Shown: positions 38,157-49,786 of the stretch, in pieces
How the letters are laid out: every line of letters starts with the position of its first letter
Position numbering within the stretch: position 1 is the stretch's first letter
NCBI GenBank assembly: GCA_022844165.1
Contig: JALHMH010000013.1
Coordinates: 32,001 to 96,000 of the forward strand
Source of the DNA: Lysobacterales bacterium
GTDB taxonomy: Bacteria; Pseudomonadota; Gammaproteobacteria; Xanthomonadales; SZUA-5
DNA length: 64,000 bases
Reading direction: 5' to 3'
Notes under the pieces: model-generated
Told to the model about the DNA's origin: nothing
The model's input: the letters and a program-made list of their open reading frames with translations, nothing else
Databases searched by the model: none
Position numbers and translations under genes: made by a program

Positions 38157-40169
38157 TCAGCTCAGCACACTGTTAACTCGTTCGGCCAGCTCATCAGCCG
38201 AACCCTCGAATCGAACCACACCCTGTGCCTTCGCTGCGTCGATCATGGATGCAATAACACAACTCTTTCGGTCTTGCACCCACGTCTCGCCACCGCGCTG
38301 ACCAAGATAGCGCGCCCCTTCGACGGCGTCTCCACCCATTCCGCTGAAGAGGACCAATGTTGCTTGATCGCCAAATCGATCTGCAGCGTCGCGAACAATT
38401 TGATCGATCGACGGACTATAGGGAGAGTTGGACTGAATGGGCGACAGTCGAATACAACCGCTATCGTCGATTCTTAACTCCTCACCTGCCGGTGCGACCA
38501 CGACCTCGCCATGTTTCAGTCGCTCACCATTCTTCGGATAGCGAACGCTCAGTGGTGTGGCGGCATCAAGTTGCATCGCCATCATCTCCAAAAATTCAGC
38601 GCCCATATGCTGTGCGACCACAAAGGCCGCCGCCGTATTGGCAGTGAGTTTGGCCAAGAACGCCTTGATGGCCTCAGGACCTCCAATCGAAGCGCCAAGT
38701 ACGAAAACACGGTTCAAGTCAGGCAGCGAAAGACCTAGAACCGGCGTTGGAGAGTTGCTCGCAAACAGCCCGTCGAAATCGTCGACCAGCGCAAGGTCGC
38801 CCGCGTTCGGTTCGTCGGCAGAAAAGTCCAGTGCGAAGTCGAGGTCAGACAATGCCAGATCGTCACCATTCGTTGGCGCTGGCTTTACGGAACCAGACTC
38901 CGCTTTGGTGTCAAAGTCGAAGTCGGCGGAAAAATCCAGCGTATCAATACTGAATTGCGCTTCGCTCTCCACCACCGACGCAGTGTTTTTTTCCGGTTCA
39001 TCGAACAACTTCAAATCGGCCAACGCCAGTGATTCCTCAAACTGAGGAGGCAGAGTCTTCTCGATCGGCTTAGCGGGCGGCTTCGGGCTTTGGCTCATCT
39101 CGCTAACAAGCGGCTTCGAAGGCGCATCCAGCCGCCACTCAGCTACTGTCTTCCCCACATTCGTTTTGGGCAGCTCTTCGGGCATCTCTACCGGTTCGAG
39201 CGACCACTCAATAGGCGCTTCAACGGCTTTAGGTTCAGTGCGTGTTGCTTTGGACTCGGAAATCGCTATTGGCGTTGGCTCGCCAGACAATTCCGCAAAC
39301 AGTGCGTCGAGATCCGCCAAATCGCTGCTGCCAGACCCTGACTGAGTGACATCCGCAAGCGAAGAAGGCGCATCGAACAATTCGACGTCGTTTGGCAGTG
39401 GATCCGACGCCGTCGCTGACACCTCAACCAAAGTCGGCTCAGCGAATAGCGCATCAAGCTCTGATAAATCATCCACGACCGAGGACTGCGCTGTGGTCGG
39501 TGCGGCCATCGGGCTCGGCCCAAACAAGAACTCATCCAATGGAATTTCTGAGTCGCCCACCGTCTGAGCCGCGCTGATCACCGGCACCTCTCGGGTGATT
39601 GGCAATGCCAGGGCGGGTGCATCAAAATTGATGTCGGCCAAATTTGCGAACGTATCGTCGGAATCGGCGTTGCCAAGTGCACCCACCACGTTCAGCGGCC
39701 CCTTTGCGGGCACTTGTCGCTGAGTGACAGGCGGCGCCACAATCTCGTCGGCCAGCCTGGTCAATGTGGCTGTTGTGGCAACTGGCCGCTTCGGCTCCGG
39801 AATCGACTGAGCGTCAGGCGGCGGCGGCGGTGTAACGTTGCTCCCGCCCTTTAACTTTGCCGACAAGTGGCGGAGCCATCTCGCGCGATCCCAACCGCTT
39901 AAGTCACTGGAAGCTTCCGGATCGTTGAAAATCACCGGCTGACTTGCAGTTTCCAGAGCGTCAGTCACCAGATCGAGCAAATCGTCGAGTTCCGAATCGA
40001 GATTGACCACGATGGCATCGACACCGCTGCTTAGAATGCCCTGCGAATCAATGGAATCGGCCCGCGACTCAAAAGCAACGCGTACCCCGGCGTTGGCCAA
40101 CGCCGCGCGCAAGGCAACCGAACTTTCAGCCTGTTGATAAACCAGGGCGACAGAAAATTCAGTGGACAT
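38157..40169 (-). CDS. chpB: CheB-like methylesterase ChpB with long acidic linker
   Basis: C-terminal LGASIGGP, AQHM, PSID and SGMGGDA motifs; N-terminal REC-like domain. Confidence 0.85.
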   Translation of the reverse strand: MSTEFSVALVYQQAESSVALRAALANAGVRVAFESRADSIDSQGILSSGVDAIVVNLDSELDDLLDLVTDALETASQPVIFNDPEASSDLSGWDRARWLRHLSAKLKGGSNVTPPPPPDAQSIPEPKRPVATTATLTRLADEIVAPPVTQRQVPAKGPLNVVGALGNADSDDTFANLADINFDAPALALPITREVPVISAAQTVGDSEIPLDEFLFGPSPMAAPTTAQSSVVDDLSELDALFAEPTLVEVSATASDPLPNDVELFDAPSSLADVTQSGSGSSDLADLDALFAELSGEPTPIAISESKATRTEPKAVEAPIEWSLEPVEMPEELPKTNVGKTVAEWRLDAPSKPLVSEMSQSPKPPAKPIEKTLPPQFEESLALADLKLFDEPEKNTASVVESEAQFSIDTLDFSADFDFDTKAESGSVKPAPTNGDDLALSDLDFALDFSADEPNAGDLALVDDFDGLFASNSPTPVLGLSLPDLNRVFVLGASIGGPEAIKAFLAKLTANTAAAFVVAQHMGAEFLEMMAMQLDAATPLSVRYPKNGERLKHGEVVVAPAGEELRIDDSGCIRLSPIQSNSPYSPSIDQIVRDAADRFGDQATLVLFSGMGGDAVEGARYLGQRGGETWVQDRKSCVIASMIDAAKAQGVVRFEGSADELAERVNSVLS

Positions 40170-43100
40170 TGGCGTGGCCCGCGGTCAGTGCTTCTTGCAC
40201 GTTCTTTAACAGATCACTTTCCTGGTAAGGCTTCCCGAGATAACGATCAACTCCGATTTCCATCGCCCGCTGGCGATGCTTCTCGCCGGTTCGCGACGTA
40301 ATCATGATAATTGGAATGTGCTTAAGTCGATGGTCATTACGGATATAAGTTGCGACTTCGTATCCATCCATACGCGGCATTTCGATATCCAGGAGGATAA
40401 CGTCCGGCAAGCGATCTTGAAGCTGCTCTACCGCATCCAGGCCGTCCTTGGCGGTGAAGACATCAAAGTCAGCGCGTTCCAGTACGCGAGTGGTGACTTT
40501 GCGCATCGTGATCGAGTCATCCACCACCATCACCAATGGTTGCCGGCGAGTTGCCGGTTCCGGCAGCGGCTCAAGCAACTCGAGTGCTGCGGCCAGTTCC
40601 GGCGCCTGACGCAGCGCCACGCCATGGCGAACCAACGGCGCCAGATCGAGAATGACGACTACTCGACCATCGCCCATGATTGTGGCGCCAAAAATGCCGG
40701 GAACCGAACTGAGCTGTGCCCCCGCCGACTTGACCACCACTTCCTTGGAACCGATGACGTGACTGACTCGAATCGCGGCACGCTGATCGCCCGTTCGGCT
40801 CATCAACATCGGCACCTGGGTTTCCTCTAACGAGTGATTCACCGGTGAGCGAAGCAGATCGCCTAAGTCGTAAATCTGGTACGTCTCGCCGCCATAAGCG
40901 ATTTCCAACTGCTTTTGTTCAAGACGTCGGTCGAGTTCCTTTCGTGGCATTCGCGTGACGCCAGTGATGGACGTCATGGGTATGGCAAATGTCGCTTCTC
41001 CCAACCTCACCAAAACGGCCTGCGCAACTGCCAGCGTAAACGGCAACCGAATAGTGATGCGCGTGCCTTGTCCCGGATCAGAGTCAAGCTCCAGCGAGCC
41101 GCCCAGCTGTTTAACTTCGCTCGCGACGACGTCCATTCCAACACCACGGCCCGCCACCTTGCTCACTTCATCGGCCGTCGAGAAACCCGCTTCCAGAACA
41201 AACTGATAAATGTCGCGGTCGCTCAATTGGGCTTCGGGATTCATAAGCCCGCGCTCTATCGCTTTGCGTCGAATGGCATCGCGATTCATGCCGCCGCCAT
41301 CGTCAACCACCTGAATCAATACCTCAGTCGCTTCGCGCGATACGCGGATGCTGACCGCACCCTCCTCGGCTTTGCCTCGCACACGCCGCACATCGGGCGA
41401 CTCGATGCCGTGCGCTAACGAATTCCGCAACATGTGTTCGAAAGGAGCGGTCATTCGCTCGAGTACGGTGCGATCCATTTCGCCCTGAGTACCCTCAACT
41501 CGCAACTGCGCTTTCTTGCCGAGTTCTGTTGCCGTTTGGCGCAAAATACGACGCAGGCGCGGCACCAAACTCTCGAAGGGCACCATGCGAGTGCGCATCA
41601 AGCCTTCCTGGAGGTCAGAACTGACGCGCGACTGTTGCAAGAGCAACGTCTCCGACTGCCTTGCAATGTCGTCCAGCAAATTCTGAATCGAGACCAAGTC
41701 GGATACTGATTCTGCGAGTGCCCTTGAAAGCTGCTGCAAAGTCGAGAAACGATCCAATTCCAAAGGATCGAATTCGGTTCCGCCCGACTGTTCGGTTTCG
41801 CGCTGAAAACGCGACAAAATCTGCGCCTCAGTTTCCATTTCGAGCTTGCGCAACTGATCACGCAAACGGAGTACCGTCTGCTCGAACTCCACGAGGTTGA
41901 AGCGGAATCCGCCCATCTGCGCTTCAAGTCGGGAGCGATAAATCGACACCTCGCCTGCAAAGTTCACGAGATTGTCGAGCAAGTCGGCACGGACACGAAT
42001 GAGTTCTTGCTGAGCAGCCCGCGCTGTGGCCTCGTCCTCGTCGAGCTGAGTCTTGCGTTTAGCGCTAGGGCGTGCTGCGGGCGGCGGTGCGACGCGCTCC
42101 GCTTCCGCCGTCTGCGCTGCCACCAATTTTGTTTCGGGAACAGCTGGCACCGAAACCGGCGTTGACACTTCCTGCGAAAGCAGCTCCGCCTCGCGACCTT
42201 CCAACACCATTTCGATACGGGCAATGATGTTCTCTGGCAAGGCAATCGCTTGTCGAGCACGCACCCGCTGAACCATTCCGTGCAACCGATCGAAAGCACG
42301 CTCCAGGGATTCGATCGCAGGTCGCGTCGCTTTACGGTCACCTTGCGCAATGGCCTCGAACAATGATTCCATCGCATGACTAAGGTCACCGATTGGCGTC
42401 AGTCCGGCCATGCGGGCACCGCCCTTCAATGTATGAAGGTCGCGCTGCAATGCCGCCACGGTTTCTCTGTCCTCGGGCGATTCGCGTAACCGCGCCATCA
42501 TGCCGTCGGCATGATCAAGAATATCCACTCCCTCTTCGACAAAGATATCGAGCAATTCAAGATCAACGTCCGGCAGGTTCAAAGCCCCCGGTGGGTCGGT
42601 ATCTCGATCGTCCCCGCCTTCCGGTTCTGCAGTTTCGCCAACGGCATCGCGGAGGTCTTGCGTCGTTTCCGCGTCCTTCAGGTGTTCCTCTTTGGCATCC
42701 CCGGAAACGCGGCTGAATTCGGGAACCGACGGATTGTCGCCAAGTGCTGCTTGCGCCAGTTCCATTGCCTCATCGGCTTCGACACCGTCGTGCTCAGATG
42801 CCAACTCGAAAATTGCGCCGCTGGAGGTTTCCGATTGCCCGGCAAAATCCGACAGCAGCTCGCCGGTTTCGCTCCCCGGGGCTTTGGCTAACGTGGAAAA
42901 ATCGTCCTGTTCGTCTTCAGCCTCAGTGACCTCGATCGCGACGACATCCAAGTTCGCGAGCGGCACGGCTTCAACATCGTCGACGGGTGTTGTGAGAGCC
43001 AACACGTCGTCCATCGAGACCGCATCAGGGCGCGCGCTGGAAAGCTCGCCGGAAGCAATCAGTTCACCGATTTCATCAGCGATCGCGAGCTCCGCTGGAT

Positions 43101-46100
43101 CAAACGAGTCGTCGCTGAGCCAGCGGTCCAGTTCGACCTCGGCATTGACAAATGACTCGGTCGAAATCACTGGCAGCTCGTTCAATAACGAACCTGTCGG
43201 TGCAACCGACGTTTGTGACAGCAGTTCCTGAAGGTCTGCGACTTCCAGCGGCACCGAACCATCCGGCTGCTCGTGAGCCGAAAACTCGACACCAATTGTC
43301 TCTTCCGTCGGCAGGGAGAATTCAAGATCCCCCTCGATCTGCGCCACCTCAGCCCGACCACCAGCATCCTCACCGACCTGCGCCGACGTCTGCCCCGCTG
43401 GCGAGTCGTCGGCGAGAAAAGCGTCTTCATCGAATGGAATAGCGATGATTTCTGCGATCTGTCCGGCCTGGAGATCTGATTCCGTTGCGAGCTCGCCGGC
43501 GCCGCTATTTGGTTCTTCCTCCTGCCACGAACTGAAGCTGTCAACAGGATCCACTGTTGCCGCGTCTGCGTCAGGCGAAACCATCGCACCATCGCCAGCG
43601 GCATTGTCCGCGTCGAACACCAACGCGACGTCTGGCTCTTCGACGATATCCAGGATGGCCGGCTCCGACAAGGCTGACCGTGCCGGCTCGTCCGCCGCCG
43701 CCGATTCGACGGTGTCAACTTCGTACCAAGGCCTGGCAGACGTCTCAGGGTGCTGTTCATCCAGATCGTGTATGCCATAACCTTGGTAGGGATGGTCCGG
43801 CGCAGGCAAGCCATCGCGCAACGCCACCACGCGATCGGCCAAAAATTCCGTGGAACTGACCGTCAGGTGGTTTTCCAACGAATGCATCGTCGCTTCAATG
43901 CAATTGGCGGAATCGCGCAGCGCCTCAACCCCTTCGAAACTCGGCTCGTGTCCTTGTGCGCGGAGCCGTTTCAAATAGCCCTCCAATGGCCCAACGAACC
44001 TTGTCAAAACAGGCAAGTCGACCATCGACAAAGCGCCATTCATCGTATGAACGGCTCGAAGCAACTCTTCAGTCACAGGCGGTGGTGACGCCAACAATTC
44101 CGCTTCAGCAAGAAAGCGACGCATCGTTGCCACATGAGACGTAATCTCACTGCTTAGGATTTCCATCAGCATCGGATCAACATCTAAAGGCGATCCGGCC
44201 GAGGGCGTCAGCAAACTATGATGGTCTGCCTCGTAGGGAACTTGCTGTTCGAGTGCAGGTATGGCGGGCGACAAGGTGCCGACACCGACGGCAACCGGCT
44301 CTACGTCGCCATTCGCCATCGAGTGATCGGTTTCTGCCTCGAACGCTGCCGACTGAATTTCGCCATCGAAAGCTCCCGCCGCAGCGACCGGCTTGTCAGC
44401 CTTGGCCACCGTGGCGGGCGAGGATTTTGGGAGCCAGACCTCCTGTCCCGACGCCAGCTGGTCCGAAACCCACATGATTGTGCCAATTTGCGGGTCAGGC
44501 CGACCCTCTCCCTTTAGTCCGGCCAACATGCTCGGCAACGCTGCGAGCGCATTGTCCAGAAGATCGAGTATTGCGGGTGTTGGCTGGATAGTCTTGTCGA
44601 GCACGCGATTCAACATGTTCTCGATCTTCCAGGCGAACTCTCCGATCGCGAGTGCACCAACCAAACGACCACTTCCCTTCAAGGTATGGAATGAGCGTCG
44701 CACGGGTTTGAGCTTCTCGAAATCGCCCAAGTCAGACTTCCACTGAGGATATTGCCTGTTGAGATTGTTAAGCTCTTCCTCCACCTCTTCGACAAACACC
44801 TCACGAATCTCATCATCGATTTCGTCCGACGGCATCGCCTGGAAACCGACATCCGGAATCGCGAATGTTGTGATAGCCGAATCGACGTTGACGCTGTCTT
44901 CGGGCAATGACACCGAAAGCTCGACCGTCTGGTCCGCCGCCGCGACGGGCGGCTCCAGGTCCATCGTAAGTGCTGGCGCCTCCAGGTCCATCGTGAATGC
45001 CGGCGCCTCCAGGTCAAGTTCATCCACCTTGGCAGGCGCTCTTGCGTCGACCTCAAAGCTAAACTCAGGATCGGTCTGACCAAGATCCAGGCTCAGATGC
45101 TCGTGCTTTGGTGCCACATCGGCAATCAGATCATCCAAACTCAGAGCCGTGTCGTCTCTGATCGACGCATCGAAAGGCTGGGTCCCGCTTGATAGATCGA
45201 TGAAGTCCAAATCACTGAGCAAGCTACTCGATCCGGGCGCTTCAAGCTCCGCAGTGGTCACGCGCAACCCAGACAGCTGGATGTCAGCCGGTTCGGTGGC
45301 CGGAGCGATATCGCCGATGAGCAGAGATTCCAGGTTGTCACCGGGAGCGATATCGACGGCGTCCAGAGCAGCCAATGGCGTGACATCGATGTCAGCAGAA
45401 GCAGCACTGGTCGAGGCTACGGTCTCGTCGATGACAGCAGACGCGGCACTGGGTAAGCGCGAGGGCTCGTCGGCGAAAACGGGCTCGTTCACGAAGGGGC
45501 CCATTCCGACTTGATCCCCCAACGAGGAATCGAACAAGGTGTCGATATCGACCACCTCCGAGGAAGAGGCGATCATCGAGTCGATCGCAGAAGCATCTGG
45601 CAGACCCATCGAATCGTGCTCCGCCGTTGGTTCTGACGCCATCGGCGATTGGGTAGGGGGCGGGCTGCCAACGCGGTCCGTAGCAAATGCATCGGGAAAT
45701 CTGGGGAAATCACTTGCTTCTGGCGCAACTTCGAGAATTTCGTCGCTATCGGCGGACAGGTCTGCGCCATCGACCGGCAATGGCCAGTAGCCGAGCGCCT
45801 CAAGACTGCGACGGGTCACGTCAAGAATCTTGTCGCGATTCCGACGCCCCTCCTTTACAGCCTCCAAGTAAAATTCGATGGAAGCGATCGCATCGGCCAT
45901 CAAGTCCAATTGATCGCCCGAAGGAACTCTGCGATGTTTTAACAGCTCGACTTCCGCGAAACGAACCACACCACTTAGAAGCTCGGCAGCGTCCGGGAGA
46001 TTCAACATCCGCATTGCACCGCTAATTTCATCCAGTAGCCGCGGGATTTGTTCGATCTTGCTGTGATCCCATGGCGACTCAATGAACGCTACGATGTCTT

Positions 46101-47481
46101 GTTTGGCCTGTTGAATATTGGCAGACGCTTCCTTTGTGGTCGCATCAAGAATCTTTCGAACCTCAGCTTGCGGCAGCTCAAAACCGCCAGGTGCAGCTGC
46201 CTCTGGTTTCTGCTCCGCACCCAGGCGCTCGATGTGGTCATCCAGCGAGCTTTCAACGTAGAGCAAGGATCCTGCGACATCCAGCAGCACGCTCTCGTCT
46301 GCAGACTGCCGACCCTGAACGATGCGTTCGAGAACTTCCTTTTGGTCGAGCACTACGCGTCTTGGAACACCCAATCCCAGCATGCCGAGCGTATCAGCCA
46401 CGCGATGCAGCGCTTCACTCTGAGAGGCAAGTTCCTCTACGTTGGTACTGCCAGTCCGTAGGTAAAGATCGAAAGCATCCTTGATCCGCAACAAGTCTTC
46501 CTTAATTGCGGTGCCAACGGTGTCAAGGAGCGCACGATTGTGACCGCTCAACGCGCCGCGTGCATGGTCAAGTTCAGATTGGCTCGGGATCAGCTTATCG
46601 AGTTGGTAAACCTGCTTGACTTCCGCAACTCGCGGGGCGCTCGAAGTCGATTGAGCAACGTAATACAACAGCCCTTTTGTGAGCTCCGTTGGTGGCTGAG
46701 CCGAAAAAGCCGGCTCCCCGGCATCAACGAGTCTCTTTATTTCGCGATCAACACGACCGATGAGCAGCTTCAGCGCCACCGAAGCGTCAACGCTCTTCAG
46801 GAGCACCGCTTCAAGTGCGGCACCAGCGACCCAGAACAGTCGACGCGCGTCGAGCTGTACACACATCGTTCTGAGGCGATCAACTGAAGCAATCAATCGT
46901 GTCACATTCCCATCAATATCCTCGCCCTTAAACCACTTGAGCAGTCCAAACTGAAATGCAAGTCGAAGGCGACCTCCATTCGCTGCCAAAAGCGGTTGTG
47001 GCGTTGGCAATTTCGCACCAGCTGCACTGACCGGCAACGCCGCGCTGAGATCCGGCGAAAACAGAGCGGTTTCGCTGAGCAGCTTTTCGCCTCGGCAGGC
47101 TCTCAGATCATTCAGTAATGGCAAAAGAACAATCGGAATGTCGCGGTGCCCACTTTGCAAGCGCTCCAGGTAGTCCGGCAGCTGCACCATGCCACGCATC
47201 AGCACAGTGTATGCATCCTCAGCTTGTTTGATCTGGCCATCCAGCAAACCGAGCGCTAACCGCTCCATTTCCTCGACGACCATCGCGGCGCCGTACAATT
47301 CGACCATGCGCAAAGTGCCCTGCACCTGGTGCAGGTAACTGGCGCAGAAACGCATCTGGCTCTTGTCGGAAGTGTCTTCGACATAGGCTTCCAGAGCTTG
47401 CTGAGCTTGCTTGAGCGTGTCGTCCAGCTCCTGCTTAACCCAGGTCAGCGTGGTGAAATCGATGTCGTCTTGAAGCCTCAT
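40159..47481 (-). CDS. chpA: Pil-Chp CheA-like hybrid kinase ChpA (PilL)
   Basis: Multiple Hpt domains (HQVQG, HRVAD, HTLKGSG, HTMNG, HTLKGGA); HMLRNSLAHG; GRGVGMDVV; CheW domain; C-terminal REC LLDIEMP. Confidence 0.93.
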   Translation of the reverse strand: MRLQDDIDFTTLTWVKQELDDTLKQAQQALEAYVEDTSDKSQMRFCASYLHQVQGTLRMVELYGAAMVVEEMERLALGLLDGQIKQAEDAYTVLMRGMVQLPDYLERLQSGHRDIPIVLLPLLNDLRACRGEKLLSETALFSPDLSAALPVSAAGAKLPTPQPLLAANGGRLRLAFQFGLLKWFKGEDIDGNVTRLIASVDRLRTMCVQLDARRLFWVAGAALEAVLLKSVDASVALKLLIGRVDREIKRLVDAGEPAFSAQPPTELTKGLLYYVAQSTSSAPRVAEVKQVYQLDKLIPSQSELDHARGALSGHNRALLDTVGTAIKEDLLRIKDAFDLYLRTGSTNVEELASQSEALHRVADTLGMLGLGVPRRVVLDQKEVLERIVQGRQSADESVLLDVAGSLLYVESSLDDHIERLGAEQKPEAAAPGGFELPQAEVRKILDATTKEASANIQQAKQDIVAFIESPWDHSKIEQIPRLLDEISGAMRMLNLPDAAELLSGVVRFAEVELLKHRRVPSGDQLDLMADAIASIEFYLEAVKEGRRNRDKILDVTRRSLEALGYWPLPVDGADLSADSDEILEVAPEASDFPRFPDAFATDRVGSPPPTQSPMASEPTAEHDSMGLPDASAIDSMIASSSEVVDIDTLFDSSLGDQVGMGPFVNEPVFADEPSRLPSAASAVIDETVASTSAASADIDVTPLAALDAVDIAPGDNLESLLIGDIAPATEPADIQLSGLRVTTAELEAPGSSSLLSDLDFIDLSSGTQPFDASIRDDTALSLDDLIADVAPKHEHLSLDLGQTDPEFSFEVDARAPAKVDELDLEAPAFTMDLEAPALTMDLEPPVAAADQTVELSVSLPEDSVNVDSAITTFAIPDVGFQAMPSDEIDDEIREVFVEEVEEELNNLNRQYPQWKSDLGDFEKLKPVRRSFHTLKGSGRLVGALAIGEFAWKIENMLNRVLDKTIQPTPAILDLLDNALAALPSMLAGLKGEGRPDPQIGTIMWVSDQLASGQEVWLPKSSPATVAKADKPVAAAGAFDGEIQSAAFEAETDHSMANGDVEPVAVGVGTLSPAIPALEQQVPYEADHHSLLTPSAGSPLDVDPMLMEILSSEITSHVATMRRFLAEAELLASPPPVTEELLRAVHTMNGALSMVDLPVLTRFVGPLEGYLKRLRAQGHEPSFEGVEALRDSANCIEATMHSLENHLTVSSTEFLADRVVALRDGLPAPDHPYQGYGIHDLDEQHPETSARPWYEVDTVESAAADEPARSALSEPAILDIVEEPDVALVFDADNAAGDGAMVSPDADAATVDPVDSFSSWQEEEPNSGAGELATESDLQAGQIAEIIAIPFDEDAFLADDSPAGQTSAQVGEDAGGRAEVAQIEGDLEFSLPTEETIGVEFSAHEQPDGSVPLEVADLQELLSQTSVAPTGSLLNELPVISTESFVNAEVELDRWLSDDSFDPAELAIADEIGELIASGELSSARPDAVSMDDVLALTTPVDDVEAVPLANLDVVAIEVTEAEDEQDDFSTLAKAPGSETGELLSDFAGQSETSSGAIFELASEHDGVEADEAMELAQAALGDNPSVPEFSRVSGDAKEEHLKDAETTQDLRDAVGETAEPEGGDDRDTDPPGALNLPDVDLELLDIFVEEGVDILDHADGMMARLRESPEDRETVAALQRDLHTLKGGARMAGLTPIGDLSHAMESLFEAIAQGDRKATRPAIESLERAFDRLHGMVQRVRARQAIALPENIIARIEMVLEGREAELLSQEVSTPVSVPAVPETKLVAAQTAEAERVAPPPAARPSAKRKTQLDEDEATARAAQQELIRVRADLLDNLVNFAGEVSIYRSRLEAQMGGFRFNLVEFEQTVLRLRDQLRKLEMETEAQILSRFQRETEQSGGTEFDPLELDRFSTLQQLSRALAESVSDLVSIQNLLDDIARQSETLLLQQSRVSSDLQEGLMRTRMVPFESLVPRLRRILRQTATELGKKAQLRVEGTQGEMDRTVLERMTAPFEHMLRNSLAHGIESPDVRRVRGKAEEGAVSIRVSREATEVLIQVVDDGGGMNRDAIRRKAIERGLMNPEAQLSDRDIYQFVLEAGFSTADEVSKVAGRGVGMDVVASEVKQLGGSLELDSDPGQGTRITIRLPFTLAVAQAVLVRLGEATFAIPMTSITGVTRMPRKELDRRLEQKQLEIAYGGETYQIYDLGDLLRSPVNHSLEETQVPMLMSRTGDQRAAIRVSHVIGSKEVVVKSAGAQLSSVPGIFGATIMGDGRVVVILDLAPLVRHGVALRQAPELAAALELLEPLPEPATRRQPLVMVVDDSITMRKVTTRVLERADFDVFTAKDGLDAVEQLQDRLPDVILLDIEMPRMDGYEVATYIRNDHRLKHIPIIMITSRTGEKHRQRAMEIGVDRYLGKPYQESDLLKNVQEALTAGHANVH
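44953..45015. repeat. 27-bp in-frame tandem repeat in chpA linker
   Basis: CTCCAGGTCCATCGT...GGCGC, about 2.3 copies, encoding DLEAPAFTM-DLEAPALTM-DLE. Confidence 0.7.
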
Positions 47482-47700
47482 CCGCGGACTCCTTTGTCCC
47501 GGCCAAGTTTAGGACGCCTCGAAAGTCGTCCGACAGACTGGCTGATGGTCGTCGGTTGTTGACTGGCGCGAACCGGTGTTCGGTCGAACCGCGTCAACAT
47601 GCCTGAACCTTCAACCCAAGCTTTCCATAGCTCTTTGTGCAACTAAACAACGTGTTGCGTTTCTTCCGTATTTCCAAGGGCAATTCACGAACCACTGCAC

Positions 47701-49737
47701 TCAGCTCGGCAGCTTGAAGTCGGCGACGGATCGACGAAGGTCAGCTGCCAATTGGGCCAGATTGCCGATCGATTCTGCCGTCTGGCTCGCACCAACGGAG
47801 GTCTGGGTGGTAATTTCCTGAATCACGTTCATCGTTGCTGAGATGTTCGTCGCAGCTGCAGATTGCTGACGCGCCGCTTGCGAAATGTTCTGAATCAAAT
47901 CCGCGAGATCGTTCGATACCTTTTCGATCTCACCCAGCGCCAAACCGGCGTCTTCCGCAAGGCGAGCGCCCGCAACCACTTCTGCGGTGGTTTGCTCCAT
48001 TGAGCTCACCGCTTCGTTGGTATCGGACTGAATGGTCTGGACCAGCGTTTCGATTCGCTTGGTCGCGTTTGAGGCGCGTTCCGCAAGGCGCTGAACTTCG
48101 TCCGCGACAACCGCGAACCCGCGACCAGCCTCGCCAGCGGAAGCCGCTTGAATAGCGGCATTGAGTGCCAGGATGTTGGTTTGCTCGGCGATGTCATTGA
48201 TCAACTCGACGATCGACCCAATTTCCTGCGACGACTCACCGAGGCGTTTAATTCGCTTCGACGTCTCTTGAATCTGGTCGCGAATATTGTCCATTCCCTG
48301 GATCGTCTGGCGCACGATCGCCGCACCCTTACCGGCAATTTGCACTGAGCGTTGCGCCACGTCCGCGCTTTCCGCCGAGTTGCGCGACACTTCGTCGATG
48401 GATACCGCAATTTCGTTGATTGCCGCTGAGGCAGAGGTGATCTGCTGGGCCTGGTGCTCTGCAGCTTCGGCAAGGTGCATCGCAGTCGCCTGCGTTTCCT
48501 GTGCGGCTGCAGCGACCTGGACAGCGGTTTCGTTAATCGTTGTCACCAAGCTTCGCAGCGCTTCAACTGCGAAGTTAATGGAGTCAGCGATTGCCCCGGT
48601 GATGTCTTCGGTAACGGTCGCTTTGACGGTCAGGTCTCCCTCGGCGAGCGATCCCATCTCGTCCAGGAGGCGCAAAATGGCTTCCTGATTACGCTGATTG
48701 AGGTCGGCCGTAATCTTGTACCGTTTCGCCTGATCTCTATAGATCAAAATTGCCAACAGGATGAGTGCAATAGCAGCGAGCGCGCCAAACACGATCGCTG
48801 CGCGAACCGATGGGAAGAGGCGCTGGTTGACCTGATCCGCATAGGCGGCCGAAAGAACTTCCGCATTTTCGAGGAGCGCTTCGCTGTCCAATGACACCGT
48901 GTTCGCTGCCTCGCGGACGTCGATCAAGTCAACCGAGCCTGTCGTGATGGCTTCCACAAACTGGCCCAGCTCCTGGAATGTCGTATAGATGTCTGCCAGC
49001 AAATTGCGGATTTGCGGCGCTTCGACCGGGCGGATCCCGGTATTCGCATCGCCGTTCTGCAGGCCGTCCAGGACCTGCCCGAACAACGCCGCATCACGAT
49101 TGAAACCGTCCGCAGCTGTCGACGCCGTTTGACCACCTTGAAGAACTTCGTTCAAGCGACGCAACATGCGGTCTGCCAGCGTCACCTGGCGTCCCGCGAC
49201 ATAAATCTGATCCTGAGTTGCGCCCCGGTCAGCGAGCAATTGTGCGACCTGATCTGAGCGCGATTGAAGCAACGGGATCTTGGTCTGAAATTCAGCCGCC
49301 GTCGCGTTCAACTGCTCAATCACATCGCGACGCGCCAAAATCACGTCCGACGCTTCTTGGATCGGTGCCCAAGTTCCCTTGACCTGGTCGAGCGCGGTCT
49401 GTACGTCCGGATTCTTTCGAATCGACGGCACGCCCTCTTGCGGATCGCCGTCCTCGAGCTTTTTCAAGTGCGACTGGATAGTCGCCTTGATATCGCTCAA
49501 TTCGTCGAATGCCTCGTCGCGACCGCCCGCCGCTTCGGCCGCGAATTTCGCCAACTGCTGCGAGAGCACGCGTATGTCAGTCGACAGACTGATTGCGGCG
49601 CGGTCTTCGTTGTTGTTTACGTTGGAGAAAATGAAATTCGCGATCAAGCCGATGAGGCCGCCAAGCAAGACCACCACAAGGATGGCAAGCATGGTTGAAG
49701 ATTCGCGCTGTTGGATTCCGCCGCCCGCCGCACTCAT
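47701..49737 (-). CDS. pilJ: methyl-accepting chemotaxis protein PilJ
   Basis: Two TM segments; PilJ-type periplasmic domains; [33 protein letters not shown]. Confidence 0.93.
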   Translation of the reverse strand: MSAAGGGIQQRESSTMLAILVVVLLGGLIGLIANFIFSNVNNNEDRAAISLSTDIRVLSQQLAKFAAEAAGGRDEAFDELSDIKATIQSHLKKLEDGDPQEGVPSIRKNPDVQTALDQVKGTWAPIQEASDVILARRDVIEQLNATAAEFQTKIPLLQSRSDQVAQLLADRGATQDQIYVAGRQVTLADRMLRRLNEVLQGGQTASTAADGFNRDAALFGQVLDGLQNGDANTGIRPVEAPQIRNLLADIYTTFQELGQFVEAITTGSVDLIDVREAANTVSLDSEALLENAEVLSAAYADQVNQRLFPSVRAAIVFGALAAIALILLAILIYRDQAKRYKITADLNQRNQEAILRLLDEMGSLAEGDLTVKATVTEDITGAIADSINFAVEALRSLVTTINETAVQVAAAAQETQATAMHLAEAAEHQAQQITSASAAINEIAVSIDEVSRNSAESADVAQRSVQIAGKGAAIVRQTIQGMDNIRDQIQETSKRIKRLGESSQEIGSIVELINDIAEQTNILALNAAIQAASAGEAGRGFAVVADEVQRLAERASNATKRIETLVQTIQSDTNEAVSSMEQTTAEVVAGARLAEDAGLALGEIEKVSNDLADLIQNISQAARQQSAAATNISATMNVIQEITTQTSVGASQTAESIGNLAQLAADLRRSVADFKLPS

Positions 49738-49786
49738 CCTAAGCTCCCCTACTTCGTTACCGTGCAATACTCATGAACGCAGATCG

